DNA from: an uncultured Nitrososphaeraceae archaeon | GTDB taxonomy: Archaea > Thermoproteota > Nitrososphaeria > Nitrososphaerales > Nitrososphaeraceae | Direction: 5' to 3' | Length of the DNA: 26,310 nucleotides | Assembly: GCA_963765895.1 (NCBI GenBank) | Contig: CAVXZB010000014.1 | Span: 1-26,310 of the forward strand | Part shown: positions 1 through 10,055 of the stretch, in pieces | Position numbering within the stretch: the stretch's first letter is position 1 | Layout: the number at the start of each line of letters is the position of its first letter | The notes under the pieces: model-generated | Told to the model about the DNA's origin: nothing | Database searches by the model: none | Seen by the model: the letters and a program-made list of their open reading frames with translations, nothing else | Translations under genes and position numbers: made by a program

Positions 1-120
1 ACATTAGATAAGTAATTAATACAATATTTATAATAGTATTGTCTGATAATGATATTTGGATGAGCGGCCAAATGCTACAAATTCATTTAACTCAGAAAAC
101 TTCATGTACTTTGCACAATT

Positions 121-291
121 ATGATTTTGAATGATAAAGTACGGCAAGCATTGACTGCAGGCAATCTCACTCATCTTGTGACCCTGAACAAGGATGGAAG
201 TCTTCAGGTCTCTATTGTCTGGGTTGGACTTGATGGTGATGTACATCCAAGATCGGAGATGGTAGTTTTTACGAATCTCCTAAAGGAATGA
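121..291 (+). pseudogene. Truncated PPOX-class (pyridoxamine 5'-phosphate oxidase-like, F420-dependent type) oxidoreductase, N-terminal ~40 aa only
   Basis: Manual translation, not in the ORF track: MILNDKVRQALTAGNLTHLVTLNKDGSLQVSIVWVGLDGD. This matches the split-barrel PPOX N-terminal pattern (L.T...DG.PQVS.VW...DG). Similarity stops at ~240 and the frame ends at TGA 289-291. Confidence 0.7.
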
Positions 292-431
292 AGAGTAATT
301 TGTCTTCGTTGTTCGTTACCATCTTCATTATCACCTTTACTCATCCTATCTAATGTCATTGCAAAGGATTTTGCTATATCATCATATAGACCATCTGGAT
401 TGGGTTTTCTTTTGGTCTGGTAAACTACATC
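244..431 (-). pseudogene. Internal fragment of a tyrosine recombinase/integrase (HxxR region)
   Basis: ORF 204..452(-) contains RRQITLHSFRRFVKTTISDLG, the HxxR box II of tyrosine recombinases. The upstream catalytic Arg and the downstream GH/Tyr motifs are missing. Confidence 0.75.
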
Positions 432-1247
432 ATGGATTATATTATAACTCAATTTCGTCAGAAGCCTATTTCGAGAAAATAGCTGACAATTACGAGCAGA
501 AGCTACCTTTAGTTTTTGGGAAGCGTCGTTTACTTAAGAAGTTTTTGGGAGCCTCCATGATAGACAATTTTGACGTAATATTAGATAGGATGATACGGGC
601 TAAACAATTGGAAACGTCGATCTGTCAGGGAGGCAACAAGGAATTTTATGAAAGTATTGATAGTATTATAAAAAGTACAAGGAACGAGATGGCCAAAATT
701 CAAGCTGTGGGATTGGAGCAACTGTTCAATTATCTAGCTGGAAATATGTACTCAAATCCTGACAGGTACTAAAATACAACCGTTACTGTACAAATTTCTT
801 GAAACTTCTGCATTATTATCACCCTTCGATTACGATCCTGCCTCCTATGTCGAAGACATGATTATGATCATTAGGAGTGGCACACCTTTTATCAACTCAG
901 CAGCATTACAAGCAGTTGCCAAAGAATATGAAATAGAGACTATCGAAACTGCCTTCGCTGATACGATTTCTTTATATTATTTTCTGAATTTATTGTCAGT
1001 TTGCGATGTCTTAGATCAACCTCGAAAATATGATCATACAAGAAAAGTATCCGACGACATCAGTCCACAGACTGATAATTATTATCCCTTTTCTCCCAAA
1101 CAGATTGCTGATTTTATATTCAGCCAAGATGAGGACATTAGGAAATGGCTTTCTAATTGGGTGAACGATCTATTAAGTCACGAACATAATAAAACTATTG
1201 CAATGGAAAAGATCCGAGATGAGATAGGTCTTAAACAAAATCGATGA
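425..1247 (+). pseudogene. 5'-truncated hypothetical protein with one frameshift near 765
   Basis: ORFs 353..772 and 858..1247. The frame of the second ORF is open back through the first ORF's stop (KIQPLLYKFLETSALLSPFDYDPASYVEDM from 771), so one indel joins them. The 5' part of ORF 353 is only antisense to the integrase fragment. Confidence 0.6.
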
Positions 1248-1665
1248 ACCTGAATGTTGCTACTGTAGCATCCAGAAGCTTTTAAATAGCCTTCGAGGCT
1301 ATACTTATCTATAAGACCAAATAGGATTCAATAGGTATTGTTATGATCGAACATGAATCCTGTTCTTCGATATCATATGACTTGCCCAGCACGCAGTACT
1401 ACTCGAAACCATGGACAGGTTCACAATTATGTCAATTAGTGTCTGGGGGTTCAGTTGTTTTCGGAAACTACGGCATGTCTAGAAATTATCAAATATGATT
1501 CTAGGCGTATTTGTGCTCTTCTGATTAAAAGAGGACACAGTTCATTTCATTTGTAGACTAACATGACAAAATATATGTAGGTCGGGTGATAATTAATGTA
1601 CTTCAACTGAATCGTTGGGATCTTCACATTAACTAGTTCATTATCTTCGCCAATATAACCGAATG

Positions 1666-2970
1666 TTACTCTACGTTTTTTTTATCTAAAACAGTCCTAT
1701 TCTTGGCAATTATGCCGTCCCGTGTCTTAGCCATTCTTAATGTTGTGAGCACATCGTGCATTTGTGATTTCAGGATTTCGATCTCCTGCTCCTTCTCTCG
1801 CAATTTACCTTGAATGATATATTCACTATTCCTTCTTTTCTGTTCTAGATCTGTGACTTGCCTTTGAAGCAACTCTCTGTCACCATCGATTGTTAATTCG
1901 TCTACTGCCTTCATATAATCTTCCAAAAGTGTCTTTTCTGCTGGCCTATAATAACTCATAGATAGACCTGTGTCGTGTCCCAGTAGCATTTCCACATGCA
2001 GCGGAAGCATAGCTAATTCGGCTTTAGTTTTAAAATATTTCCTAAATCCATGAGCGGCTTTCCATTCATGATGTTTCACTCCCTTAGGCAAAGGTTTTCT
2101 AATGCCTTGTTCCCACAATGCACGTTCAATTATCCTTTTAACAGCTGCACTTTCGAGCTTTTTCGGCTGCGCTGCAAGGCCGAACTTGGCCCCGTAATCC
2201 ATTCCGTATGTCTGCCAAATATCACGCATTACCCACGATTCTCCAGATATTTTTTCTCCACACTGTTCCCTGTAATCAATCCAAGATTTCAGCTCATTAT
2301 ATGCTTCTGGTGTACAAAACGTATAATATTCTTCAATTGGGTCACCTGCATAGACTAATAATTTAGCTGCGACTACACCGCCTTCTGAGTTTGTGACAGG
2401 TGTTACGTGTTTCCATTGTAGGGAATCAAAAGCCCCAACTCGGATTCCTGAGGAGAGCATTGTGTAGATTATAGCCTTTATGCGTCGATCCGGGTACTCG
2501 CAAAGTTTGCGGATCTCTTCTATTGTGGGAATGCGATCTAAAGCAAATTTTCTTGCTCTAGGTAAACCACGGGCTATCTTTTTCCAGTTAATTAATGGCT
2601 GATCAAAATTCATTTCACTAAACAATTTAATAGCTTTGTAGTAATTACCAATAGTACCTTCAGAGATTTCTTTTCTGTTCACGCGTTCCTTCTGAAAGAC
2701 TATGAAATTCATAAGAGACTTATGAAACCACTTGGGATCGTTTCTAGCCTTTTCTACAAATTGTCTGGCTTGGTCTTGTATAGATCCTTGTAAACCTAAA
2801 TAATCTAGGAAAACTTTGAACCTTCGAGGATATTGGCGCTGACTTTCAGGCGCTCGAAGAGCGTACATAAAGATAGCCATAGGATCATCATGGGTCATTG
2901 CTGGCACGGATTCATCTGTACTTAAATTCCTTTCATTGAGCTCCTGTCTATGAGTTGAAGTCTTTAGCAA
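1666..2970 (-). CDS. Tyrosine recombinase/integrase with C-terminal coiled-coil extension
   Basis: Catalytic motifs SSGIRVG (R), HGFRK (HxxR), LLGH and SYY (Tyr). The N-terminal core-binding region is present. TTG start at 2970 has a TATA box ~30 nt upstream. The C-terminus may be shortened by an indel in the A8 run (1676-1683). Confidence 0.93.
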   Translation of the reverse strand: MLKTSTHRQELNERNLSTDESVPAMTHDDPMAIFMYALRAPESQRQYPRRFKVFLDYLGLQGSIQDQARQFVEKARNDPKWFHKSLMNFIVFQKERVNRKEISEGTIGNYYKAIKLFSEMNFDQPLINWKKIARGLPRARKFALDRIPTIEEIRKLCEYPDRRIKAIIYTMLSSGIRVGAFDSLQWKHVTPVTNSEGGVVAAKLLVYAGDPIEEYYTFCTPEAYNELKSWIDYREQCGEKISGESWVMRDIWQTYGMDYGAKFGLAAQPKKLESAAVKRIIERALWEQGIRKPLPKGVKHHEWKAAHGFRKYFKTKAELAMLPLHVEMLLGHDTGLSMSYYRPAEKTLLEDYMKAVDELTIDGDRELLQRQVTDLEQKRRNSEYIIQGKLREKEQEIEILKSQMHDVLTTLRMAKTRDGIIAKNRTVLDKKNVE

Positions 2971-2999
2971 TAATAATACATCTACTTGCCCGTATGGGC

Positions 3000-3007
3000 T
3001 ATATAAA
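3000..3007 (-). promoter_or_regulatory. Archaeal TATA box (TTTATATA) for the integrase
   Basis: Consensus TATA on the minus strand, 30 nt upstream of TTG 2970, between the tRNA and the integrase. Confidence 0.6.
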
Positions 3008-3037
3008 CTGAATCCACAAATAGCATCTGTACTGTAG

Positions 3038-3112
3038 TGGGCCGGGTCGGATTCGAACCAACGACCCCCGCCATGTCAAGGCGGTATCTTAACCAGGCTA
3101 GACCACCGGCCC
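3038..3112 (-). tRNA. tRNA-Val(GAC), intronless, CCA not encoded
   Basis: GGGCCGG/CCGGCCC acceptor stem, anticodon arm CCGCC-TTGACAT-GGCGG, T-loop TTCGAAT. Discriminator A is followed by CTA. TATATATT lies ~40 nt upstream (3152-3159). Confidence 0.97.
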
Positions 3113-3685
3113 AAACATATATAATTTCTACGATTTTTGTTAATCCTCCCAAATATATACGAGTCGGCAAAAATGATTTTGGGCTAATTGAGAATAGATC
3201 CTATTCCGAATCCTATGACTGAATTACCGTCACGTATTAAGTAATATTGGAAATAAATCGTCATAGTTAAAGAATATTGGATCCGGTACTTCTATTTCAA
3301 TAGTAGCTTTTTGTTAGAAATGTTCTAGATAATAGGCTATTAATGCAGATAATTCCTTTTTTCTTCAAGATACATACCCGATATTATGAACCTGTTGTCT
3401 CAATTATTCTTTATGACATCCGTTTTAGCAAAAAAATATATGCTTTAGCTAGTCAATGCTGGGAACTATAACTTGATTCATTAATAGTTCGACTAAATAA
3501 ATATACTAAATTCTAATGTTTCAGACTGGATGTATTCCAAGTCATTAGAATAAATAACATTCGATAATTAGATAATCCAGAACTACCGTCTTTTTTGAAT
3601 TATTATGTGCTTAAGATCATTCATTCATCTTAATGCGTCGCTAACAACCATACATTTTTAAACATCTTCAAATATCATTCTAGAT

Positions 3686-5212
3686 ATTGCTGAACAGATA
3701 AGAATTTTTGATACGACATTAAGGGATGGTGAGCAGACACCGGGCGTTTCTGTTAATTCTGAACAAAAATTGCAAATTGCTATCAAGTTGGATGAATTGG
3801 GTGTAGATACTATTGAGGCCGGGTTCCCGATAGTATCTTCTGGAGAAATGCGAGCGATACGATCTATTGTTAAACAAGGATTGAACGCTGAAGTATGTGG
3901 ACTGGCTCGGGCAGTCAAGTCAGATATTGATGCAGCATTGTCTTGCGACCTAAAGTATGTACACTTGTTTTTGGCTACCTCGGACATACACATGCAATAC
4001 AAATTGAACATGAGTAGACAGCAGGTTCGTGAAAACTCGGTATGGGCAGTGGATTATGCAAAGAAGCATGGATTACATGTTGAATTTTCTGCCGAAGATG
4101 CGACAAGATCTGATAGAGAGTTCATGAACGCTATTTTTGAAACAGTTGTCGAAGCAGGAGCAGACAGATTAGACATTCCTGATACAGTAGGATATGCTAC
4201 GCCTGAATATATAGCTGAACTTGTAAGGAGTACAAAGCTTGCAACAAATGTTCCTATAAGTATGCATTGTCATAACGACATGGGTTTGGCAGTTGCAAAC
4301 ACGCTTGCTGGAATTAATGCCGGAGCATCTTGCGCACAGGTAACAATAAATGGAATTGGGGAAAGAGCAGGGAATGCGTCCTTAGAAGAAGTGGTTGTAG
4401 CGCTTCAATGTTTGTATCGTCGTGAGCATAATATAAAAACTGAGTTACTTTATGATACCTCAAGATTTGTTTCTAATATTATGGGAATAATTGTACAACC
4501 CAATAAAGCAATTATTGGAGAAAATGCTTTTGGTCATGAATCTGGCATTCACACACATGGTATAATAAACAACCCGCTTACCTATGAACCAATTAATCCA
4601 GAGATGGTCGGAAGAAAGAGATGGCTGCAGGCCGGAAAACATGCTGGCGCACATGGTATTAGTTATATGCTTGAAGAGTTTGGTATAAGGCCAACTAAGG
4701 AGCAGCTTCATCAGATTGTAGAAAGGCAAAAAAATACAGCAGATATGGGTAAATCTATAACAACTACTGAACTATTATCTATAACAAGTGAAATTATGCA
4801 AAATTATAAATTTGAAGAGAAACTTAAACTTTATGACTTCCATACGGTTACTGGGATGAATATTATCCCAACCGCAGTCGTTCGATTGAATAGTAATGGT
4901 AATGATGTGATTGCATCAGAGACTGGTGTAGGACCAGTTGACGCAGCATTAAAAGCAATTCAGAAAATCGCCGGCCAGATCGACAGTATCAAGATACATG
5001 AATACAGGTTAGAATCTATCACAGGAGGCTCAGACGCGATGGCTGAGGTTTGTGTCAAAATCGAGGATAAAAATAGAAACATTATCTCCGCAAGAAAGTC
5101 TGGAGAAGACATTGTGATTGCATCAGTGGAGGCAATGATCGATGCGATTAATAAAATGATGCTGAAAAAAATGCTACTTTCAAGCAATGCTGCCGAAGCT
5201 TTAGATAACTAA
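3686..5212 (+). CDS. leuA: 2-isopropylmalate synthase / (R)-citramalate synthase family (DRE-TIM metallolyase with C-terminal regulatory domain)
   Basis: [14 protein letters not shown] lies upstream of the ORF-track start 3770. Also [22 protein letters not shown] and the GxGPVDA regulatory domain. The start codon is uncertain (ATT at 3686, or TTG after a lost G). LeuA vs CimA cannot be resolved by eye. Confidence 0.88.
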   Translation: MAEQIRIFDTTLRDGEQTPGVSVNSEQKLQIAIKLDELGVDTIEAGFPIVSSGEMRAIRSIVKQGLNAEVCGLARAVKSDIDAALSCDLKYVHLFLATSDIHMQYKLNMSRQQVRENSVWAVDYAKKHGLHVEFSAEDATRSDREFMNAIFETVVEAGADRLDIPDTVGYATPEYIAELVRSTKLATNVPISMHCHNDMGLAVANTLAGINAGASCAQVTINGIGERAGNASLEEVVVALQCLYRREHNIKTELLYDTSRFVSNIMGIIVQPNKAIIGENAFGHESGIHTHGIINNPLTYEPINPEMVGRKRWLQAGKHAGAHGISYMLEEFGIRPTKEQLHQIVERQKNTADMGKSITTTELLSITSEIMQNYKFEEKLKLYDFHTVTGMNIIPTAVVRLNSNGNDVIASETGVGPVDAALKAIQKIAGQIDSIKIHEYRLESITGGSDAMAEVCVKIEDKNRNIISARKSGEDIVIASVEAMIDAINKMMLKKMLLSSNAAEALDN

Positions 5213-5746
5213 CTCTGACTAGACCATTCCTTTCTGAATAACTAAATGATCACCGAATAAATGGCAATGATAGTATCAAATAGCGTAAACATTTTGCTCA
5301 CATAATATCGATCATCTACACTTATAAAAATTCTCTATCTGATGATTCATCAGTTCATTAGAGACGAGCAGTATTGTTCCACCATACCGTTTACAAACGT
5401 AGCGGCAAATCCTCAATCCTCTTGTATTTAGATATATGGAGAAAAGTATCTAAAAACGATTTTAATTATTATGCCCTTCACAGCTGATCATATACGGATA
5501 ATAGATTACACTAGATTCAAATTATTTCTCTTGCTAACTTGTAGCCCTGATGCAATTCTAGCAAGAAGTTAGTTCAAAATACTGGTTTTTAAAAGATGTG
5601 AACGGTAATGACATACTTTTCTATGGATTACAATTCCAACCACGACTAGAATAGGTATTGTTAGAAATGATGAAATTGGCGATATAAGTGTTAGTGAGAC
5701 AATATTAGATTGATCATAGAAAGTAATTAATTACGTATTCAAATAC

Positions 5747-6055
5747 CTAACTAATACTAAAATCTTGAAATTCGCCACAGTATCTTTCGTATTCTATCTT
5801 TACATTATTAACTAATGCTCTAGGTGGCCCTATGTGACACCATTCAAGCACTGCATTAACGTTTATTTCATCTCCTTCTAGCACAGCTTCCACCTGACCG
5901 TCCTCGAGATTACGTACCCATCCTTTTACCCCAAACCTGTTGGCAATAATCCGAGTGTTATGTCTGAAATAAACACCCTGAACTTTGCCCAATATAAAGA
6001 GATGGGCCCTAATCTTTTCTTTAGATCCTCTTACAGATGTTGCTGGCGATGGCAT
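5747..6055 (-). CDS. acyP: Acylphosphatase
   Basis: GKVQGVYFR and GWVRNLEDGQVE signature motifs; ~100 aa. Confidence 0.95.
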   Translation of the reverse strand: MPSPATSVRGSKEKIRAHLFILGKVQGVYFRHNTRIIANRFGVKGWVRNLEDGQVEAVLEGDEINVNAVLEWCHIGPPRALVNNVKIEYERYCGEFQDFSIS

Positions 6056-6101
6056 TACAACTCTATCCCTCTAATACGGATGATTGATCAGGGGGAATGA
6101 C

Positions 6102-7451
6102 TCATGATATATCTCCGCCTTCCTCAACGAATAGCTGCTCATAGGAACTTCCTTTTCTAACTAATTTAAAATCTCCATTATGAGTCTTCATGACGATGGG
6201 TGGTTTGGTCTGACAGTGGAAAGGCATATTGAATACGATTGAGTATGCCCCAACATTATAAAATGATACATATCTTCCAATATTTGCCTCAGTAAGATTA
6301 GATGCTTTTGATAACGGAAATACATCATATGTATCACACAATCTACCGGCTAAATGCGTATTCTTAGGTGGATTTGTTGCTGGAATTCTATATTCGTTTT
6401 TAGATAAGGCCAATATTTCTTGAGGATATTCTTGTTTTAATAGTGCAGCATCAAGTAATAGGTGATATCCAGCATCAACTATGACAATTTTATGATCATT
6501 GTATTCTTTTGTATTTACTATTTTTGATACTAAAATTGAGGACTCTGCAACGAGAAATCTACCACTTTCGATCATTAGTTCAAATTCGCCATGTGTTTTG
6601 GCCAAATCATTTAGCCTAGATATGTAATTCGCTGCCATTTGGGCAGGTTTAGGGACTGGTTCGCTATAGTATACTGGTGTTCCTCCGCCTATATCAAAGG
6701 TATTAACTCGGAAGTTTGAAAATTCTTTTTTCATTTTTGTCATGAATGCATCAATCTTATCGAATGCATGGACATAACACGTGAAGTCTAGTATTTGCGA
6801 GCCCAAATGAAAATGAAAGCCTTCAAATTTAAGGAACTCATTTCCCATAATGTAATTCACCAATTGCCCTGCGCTATCAATCGTTCCACCGTTAAATGGG
6901 ACTCCAAATTTGCCGTTCTTATATGATGCACGAATTTCAGCTTTTACGCCTACTTCGGGATTAATTCTAATCATCGTCAGAGGCTTTACTCGCAATTTAC
7001 AAGCCGCTTTAGCTAAATTTGTCATGCCATTAAATGAGCTAACTACAACTCTTCGTACTCCAAATCGTAGGACCTCTACGTATTCTTCGTATTCTTCTGT
7101 TACACTTGTATAAATGATATTCGCAGGATCTGCTTTGCAGTGATTCATGAAATGAAGTTCACCGATGGATGTCAGATCGAAGGTTATTCCATCATTTATG
7201 AACGCACGCAATATTGCCGGACTAAAGTTCGCCTTGATTGAATATGCGATTTTTGTTGGACCATTGAATTTCATAAATGCATCATGTAACTCCCTTACCT
7301 TTGCATGTAATGTATCTTCGTCGACTAGATATAGGGGTGTACCATATTGCCTCACCAATCTGTTGATGTCATCAGGTTTTACAAAACGATTTAACGCTGG
7401 TGTCGTTGCGTTTAAATTTTCCACCAGTTGGATTTGAGAATTTTCCACCAA
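6102..7451 (-). CDS. lysA: Group IV PLP-dependent decarboxylase (diaminopimelate/ornithine/lysine family; LysA-like)
   Basis: YSIKAN (PLP Lys), KFG, HFHLGSQ, DIGGG, ESGR, GRLCDTYD and GAY motifs. The family is secure; the substrate and hence the symbol are less certain. Confidence 0.8.
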   Translation of the reverse strand: MVENSQIQLVENLNATTPALNRFVKPDDINRLVRQYGTPLYLVDEDTLHAKVRELHDAFMKFNGPTKIAYSIKANFSPAILRAFINDGITFDLTSIGELHFMNHCKADPANIIYTSVTEEYEEYVEVLRFGVRRVVVSSFNGMTNLAKAACKLRVKPLTMIRINPEVGVKAEIRASYKNGKFGVPFNGGTIDSAGQLVNYIMGNEFLKFEGFHFHLGSQILDFTCYVHAFDKIDAFMTKMKKEFSNFRVNTFDIGGGTPVYYSEPVPKPAQMAANYISRLNDLAKTHGEFELMIESGRFLVAESSILVSKIVNTKEYNDHKIVIVDAGYHLLLDAALLKQEYPQEILALSKNEYRIPATNPPKNTHLAGRLCDTYDVFPLSKASNLTEANIGRYVSFYNVGAYSIVFNMPFHCQTKPPIVMKTHNGDFKLVRKGSSYEQLFVEEGGDIS

Positions 7452-7748
7452 TTTGTATTTGTTATTTTAGTTGTAAAGGATATAACTTAAAAACATTGCT
7501 CCAAGGATGACTAACGGCCCATCAGTTTAGAAATAGTTAAAGATAATAGACAGATTTTTAGATTATCGATACCATATAGAAGAACTGTTTTGTTTATTAC
7601 TCAGCCAAGTAGATTGGAATAATTTTAGTACAAATTTTAATCATTCTGATCATCGATTCAATTCAAGTATGGCTCAAATGATAAAATATAAGAGCGCTTA
7701 TCATAGATACTTGAATTTACATAACTTTTAGATAAAAGATTTGGAAAT

Positions 7749-9918
7749 TTACCTATAGTAAGGCACAGTTACTTTTTCTCCAGGCTTGCCTTCTCTTTGA
7801 GTCTTTATCTTCTTTACAGCTTCCTCGAAGTGTCGCATCATTACATGCGCTTCCGATGCATGTTTAGCTGCTTCTTCCGGTGTGGGATACTTTGCCAAAT
7901 ATTCGTGCAAGACAAGTGACACTGCAGTATTCGCTACTGAACTAGCATCAGCCCCACTAAAGTTTTCAGTAAGTTCAGCAACTTTGGCTAGATCTACATC
8001 CGGACCAATTGGTTTGTCTTTCGAATGAATATCTAATATCCGATGTCTAGCTGCTTTATCAGGCATTGGAACAAATACGATTTTATCAAATCTTCCTGGT
8101 CTAAGTAATGCCGGGTCAATCATATCAGCTCTATTTGTTGCTGCTAAAACTACTACTCCAGACAATGCCTGAATACCATCTAACTCTGTTAACAATTGAG
8201 ATACCACTCGCTCTGTGACCATACTATCTCCTCCCATGCCTCTAGTTGGTGCAACAGAATCAATTTCATCAAAGAAAACTACACATGGAGCCGCTTGCCT
8301 TGCCCTTCTGAATATCTCTCTAATTCCTCTTTCTGATTCGCCTACCCACTTGCTAAGTAATTCAGGTCCCCGTACGCTAATAAAATTAGCTTCAGACTCT
8401 GTTGCAACAGCTTTTGCTAGCAATGTCTTACCAGTTCCAGAAGGACCGTGCATTAACAATCCTTTTGGCATAGAATGTCCCAGTTTAGTGTACAGATCAG
8501 GATATCTCAACGGCCATTCAACTGCCTCTTGTAATTCACGCTTAACTTCTTCTAGACCGCCTATAGATGTCCAAGGAATATCTGGAGATTCCAAATAAAC
8601 TTCCCTCATAGCCGATGGCATTACTTCCTTTACTGCATTTTCAAAATCATTCATAGTGACTATTAGCTTGTTTAAAACCTCTGGTGCGAGCTTCTCATCT
8701 TCTAAATTGAGCTCTGGCAGCAATCTTCGTAAGCATTTCATGGCCAGCCTCTTTACACAGGTATTCTAGATCTGCACCTACGAATCCATGAGTCACGGCT
8801 GCTACTCTATCTTGATCAACATCTGTATCCAGTGGCATATTACGAGTGTGAATTTGTAATATCTCAAGCCTTCCTCGCTTGTCAGGAACTTTTATCTCTA
8901 TTTCTCTGTCAAATCTACCTGGCCGCCTTAAAGCAGGATCTATTGCGTTTGGTCTGTTTGTAGCTGCAATCACGATTACTTTACCTCTTGCCTCCAAACC
9001 GTCCATTAGCGACAGCAGCTGGGAAACCACTCTTCTCTCAACCTCGCCAGTTACTTCTTCTCTTTTTGGAGCTATAGAGTCAATTTCATCTATAAATATT
9101 ATAGATGGAGCTTTTTCCTTAGCTTCTTTGAAGATTTCTCTCAACCTAGCTTCAGATTCTCCATAAAATTTGCTCATTATTTCAGGACCGGAAATACTGA
9201 TAAAATGAGCATTGCTTTCATTAGCTACAGCTTTTGCTAGTAATGTTTTACCTGTACCAGGAGGTCCATATAACAAGACTCCCTTTGGAGCTTCAATCCC
9301 AAGTTTCTCAAATATTTCTGGATGTCTTAGCGGAAGCTCAATCATTTCCCTAACCTTTTGGATTTCCTCCTTTAATCCGCCAATGTCTTCATACGTAACT
9401 TGAGGAACTCCTCTTAGAGTTTCGCCCTTTTCTGCAATATGAAATACAGTTTTCTGTGTTACGAGCACTGCGTCCGCAACTGGAGTTACGCCTATAACTT
9501 GGAAAGTAAGTCTTCCACCAAAATATGGAACCATCACGTTATCTCCCTTAATGAGTGGAACGCTCTCCAAGGCATCTGCTAGGTATCTTTCATCTATAGG
9601 AGGTATTGCTTCCAAAGGTGCAACTATTACTTTTTCAGCTGGAACTGCTTTAATCTTTCTTACTACTACAGTATCTCCTATTGCCACTCCTGCATTATTC
9701 CTCACCAGACCATCTACTCTGATAATCCCTTTACCTTCATCTGAAGGGTAGAGAGGTAAACATTTGGCAACAGTTCTACGTTTGCCTCTAATCTCTATAA
9801 CATCCCCAGTAGAGGCGCTTAAAGAATCCATAGAGTCATAGTCAATACGTGCTACGCCACGGCCAACATCTCTTGTATAGGCTTCCAATACCTTTAGAGA
9901 GAGAGTATTCTGACTCAC
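7749..9918 (-). CDS. cdc48: CDC48/p97/VAT AAA+ ATPase, split by one extra base at ~8744
   Basis: N-domain, two Walker A motifs ([16 protein letters not shown]), Walker B DEID and RPGRFD in both D1 and D2, C-terminal HbYX tail (YYR). Removing one base restores LCKEAAMKCLRR. GTG 9918 is preferred as start because a TATA box lies at 9943-9949. Confidence 0.95.
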
Positions 9919-9942
9919 AATGACAATTAGAACTTTACTCAT

Positions 9943-10026
9943 CTTTATACCTTGTTACCTTCCAATTTGATTCGATTAAGATTTGCATCATTTGAAATTC
10001 ATGTCTATACAATACAAAACTTAAAA
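9943..10026. promoter_or_regulatory. Divergent promoters for cdc48 and rpl2
   Basis: Minus-strand AAGG-TATAAAG (9943-9953) is ~25 nt before GTG 9918. Plus-strand AAAAC-TTAAAA (10016-10026) is ~30 nt before TTG 10056. Confidence 0.55.
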
Positions 10027-10055
10027 TCACCTATCTGGGAGGTTAAATGATCAAA

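Larger units (their letters stand above)
1..3037. mobile_element. tRNA-proximal end of an integrated element or genomic island at tRNA-Val(GAC); the other end is outside the window or eroded
   Basis: A full tyrosine integrase starts 68 nt after the tRNA 3' end on the same strand. A second integrase fragment and gene debris follow. No second copy of the tRNA 3' end was found in the window. Confidence 0.65.

Noticed and set aside
2982-3222. ORFs 2982..3170(-) and 3037..3222(+)
   Set aside because: They are translations of the tRNA-Val gene and its flanks, and 2982..3170 is not in the integrase frame.
5339-5380. Hammerhead ribozyme core suggested by CTGATGA
   Set aside because: No stem II closed by GAAA and no matching cleavage-site helices.
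5667-5713. Box C/D sRNA candidate starting ATGATGA
   Set aside because: No CTGA D box at the expected distance (only TTGA) and no convincing D'/C' boxes.
8730-8760. Programmed frameshifting or true gene splitting in cdc48 (also sir, asnS and the ABC ATPase)
   Set aside because: No slippery heptamers at these sites. The breaks fall inside conserved motifs, are repaired by one base, and are scattered across unrelated genes, so sequencing error is more parsimonious.
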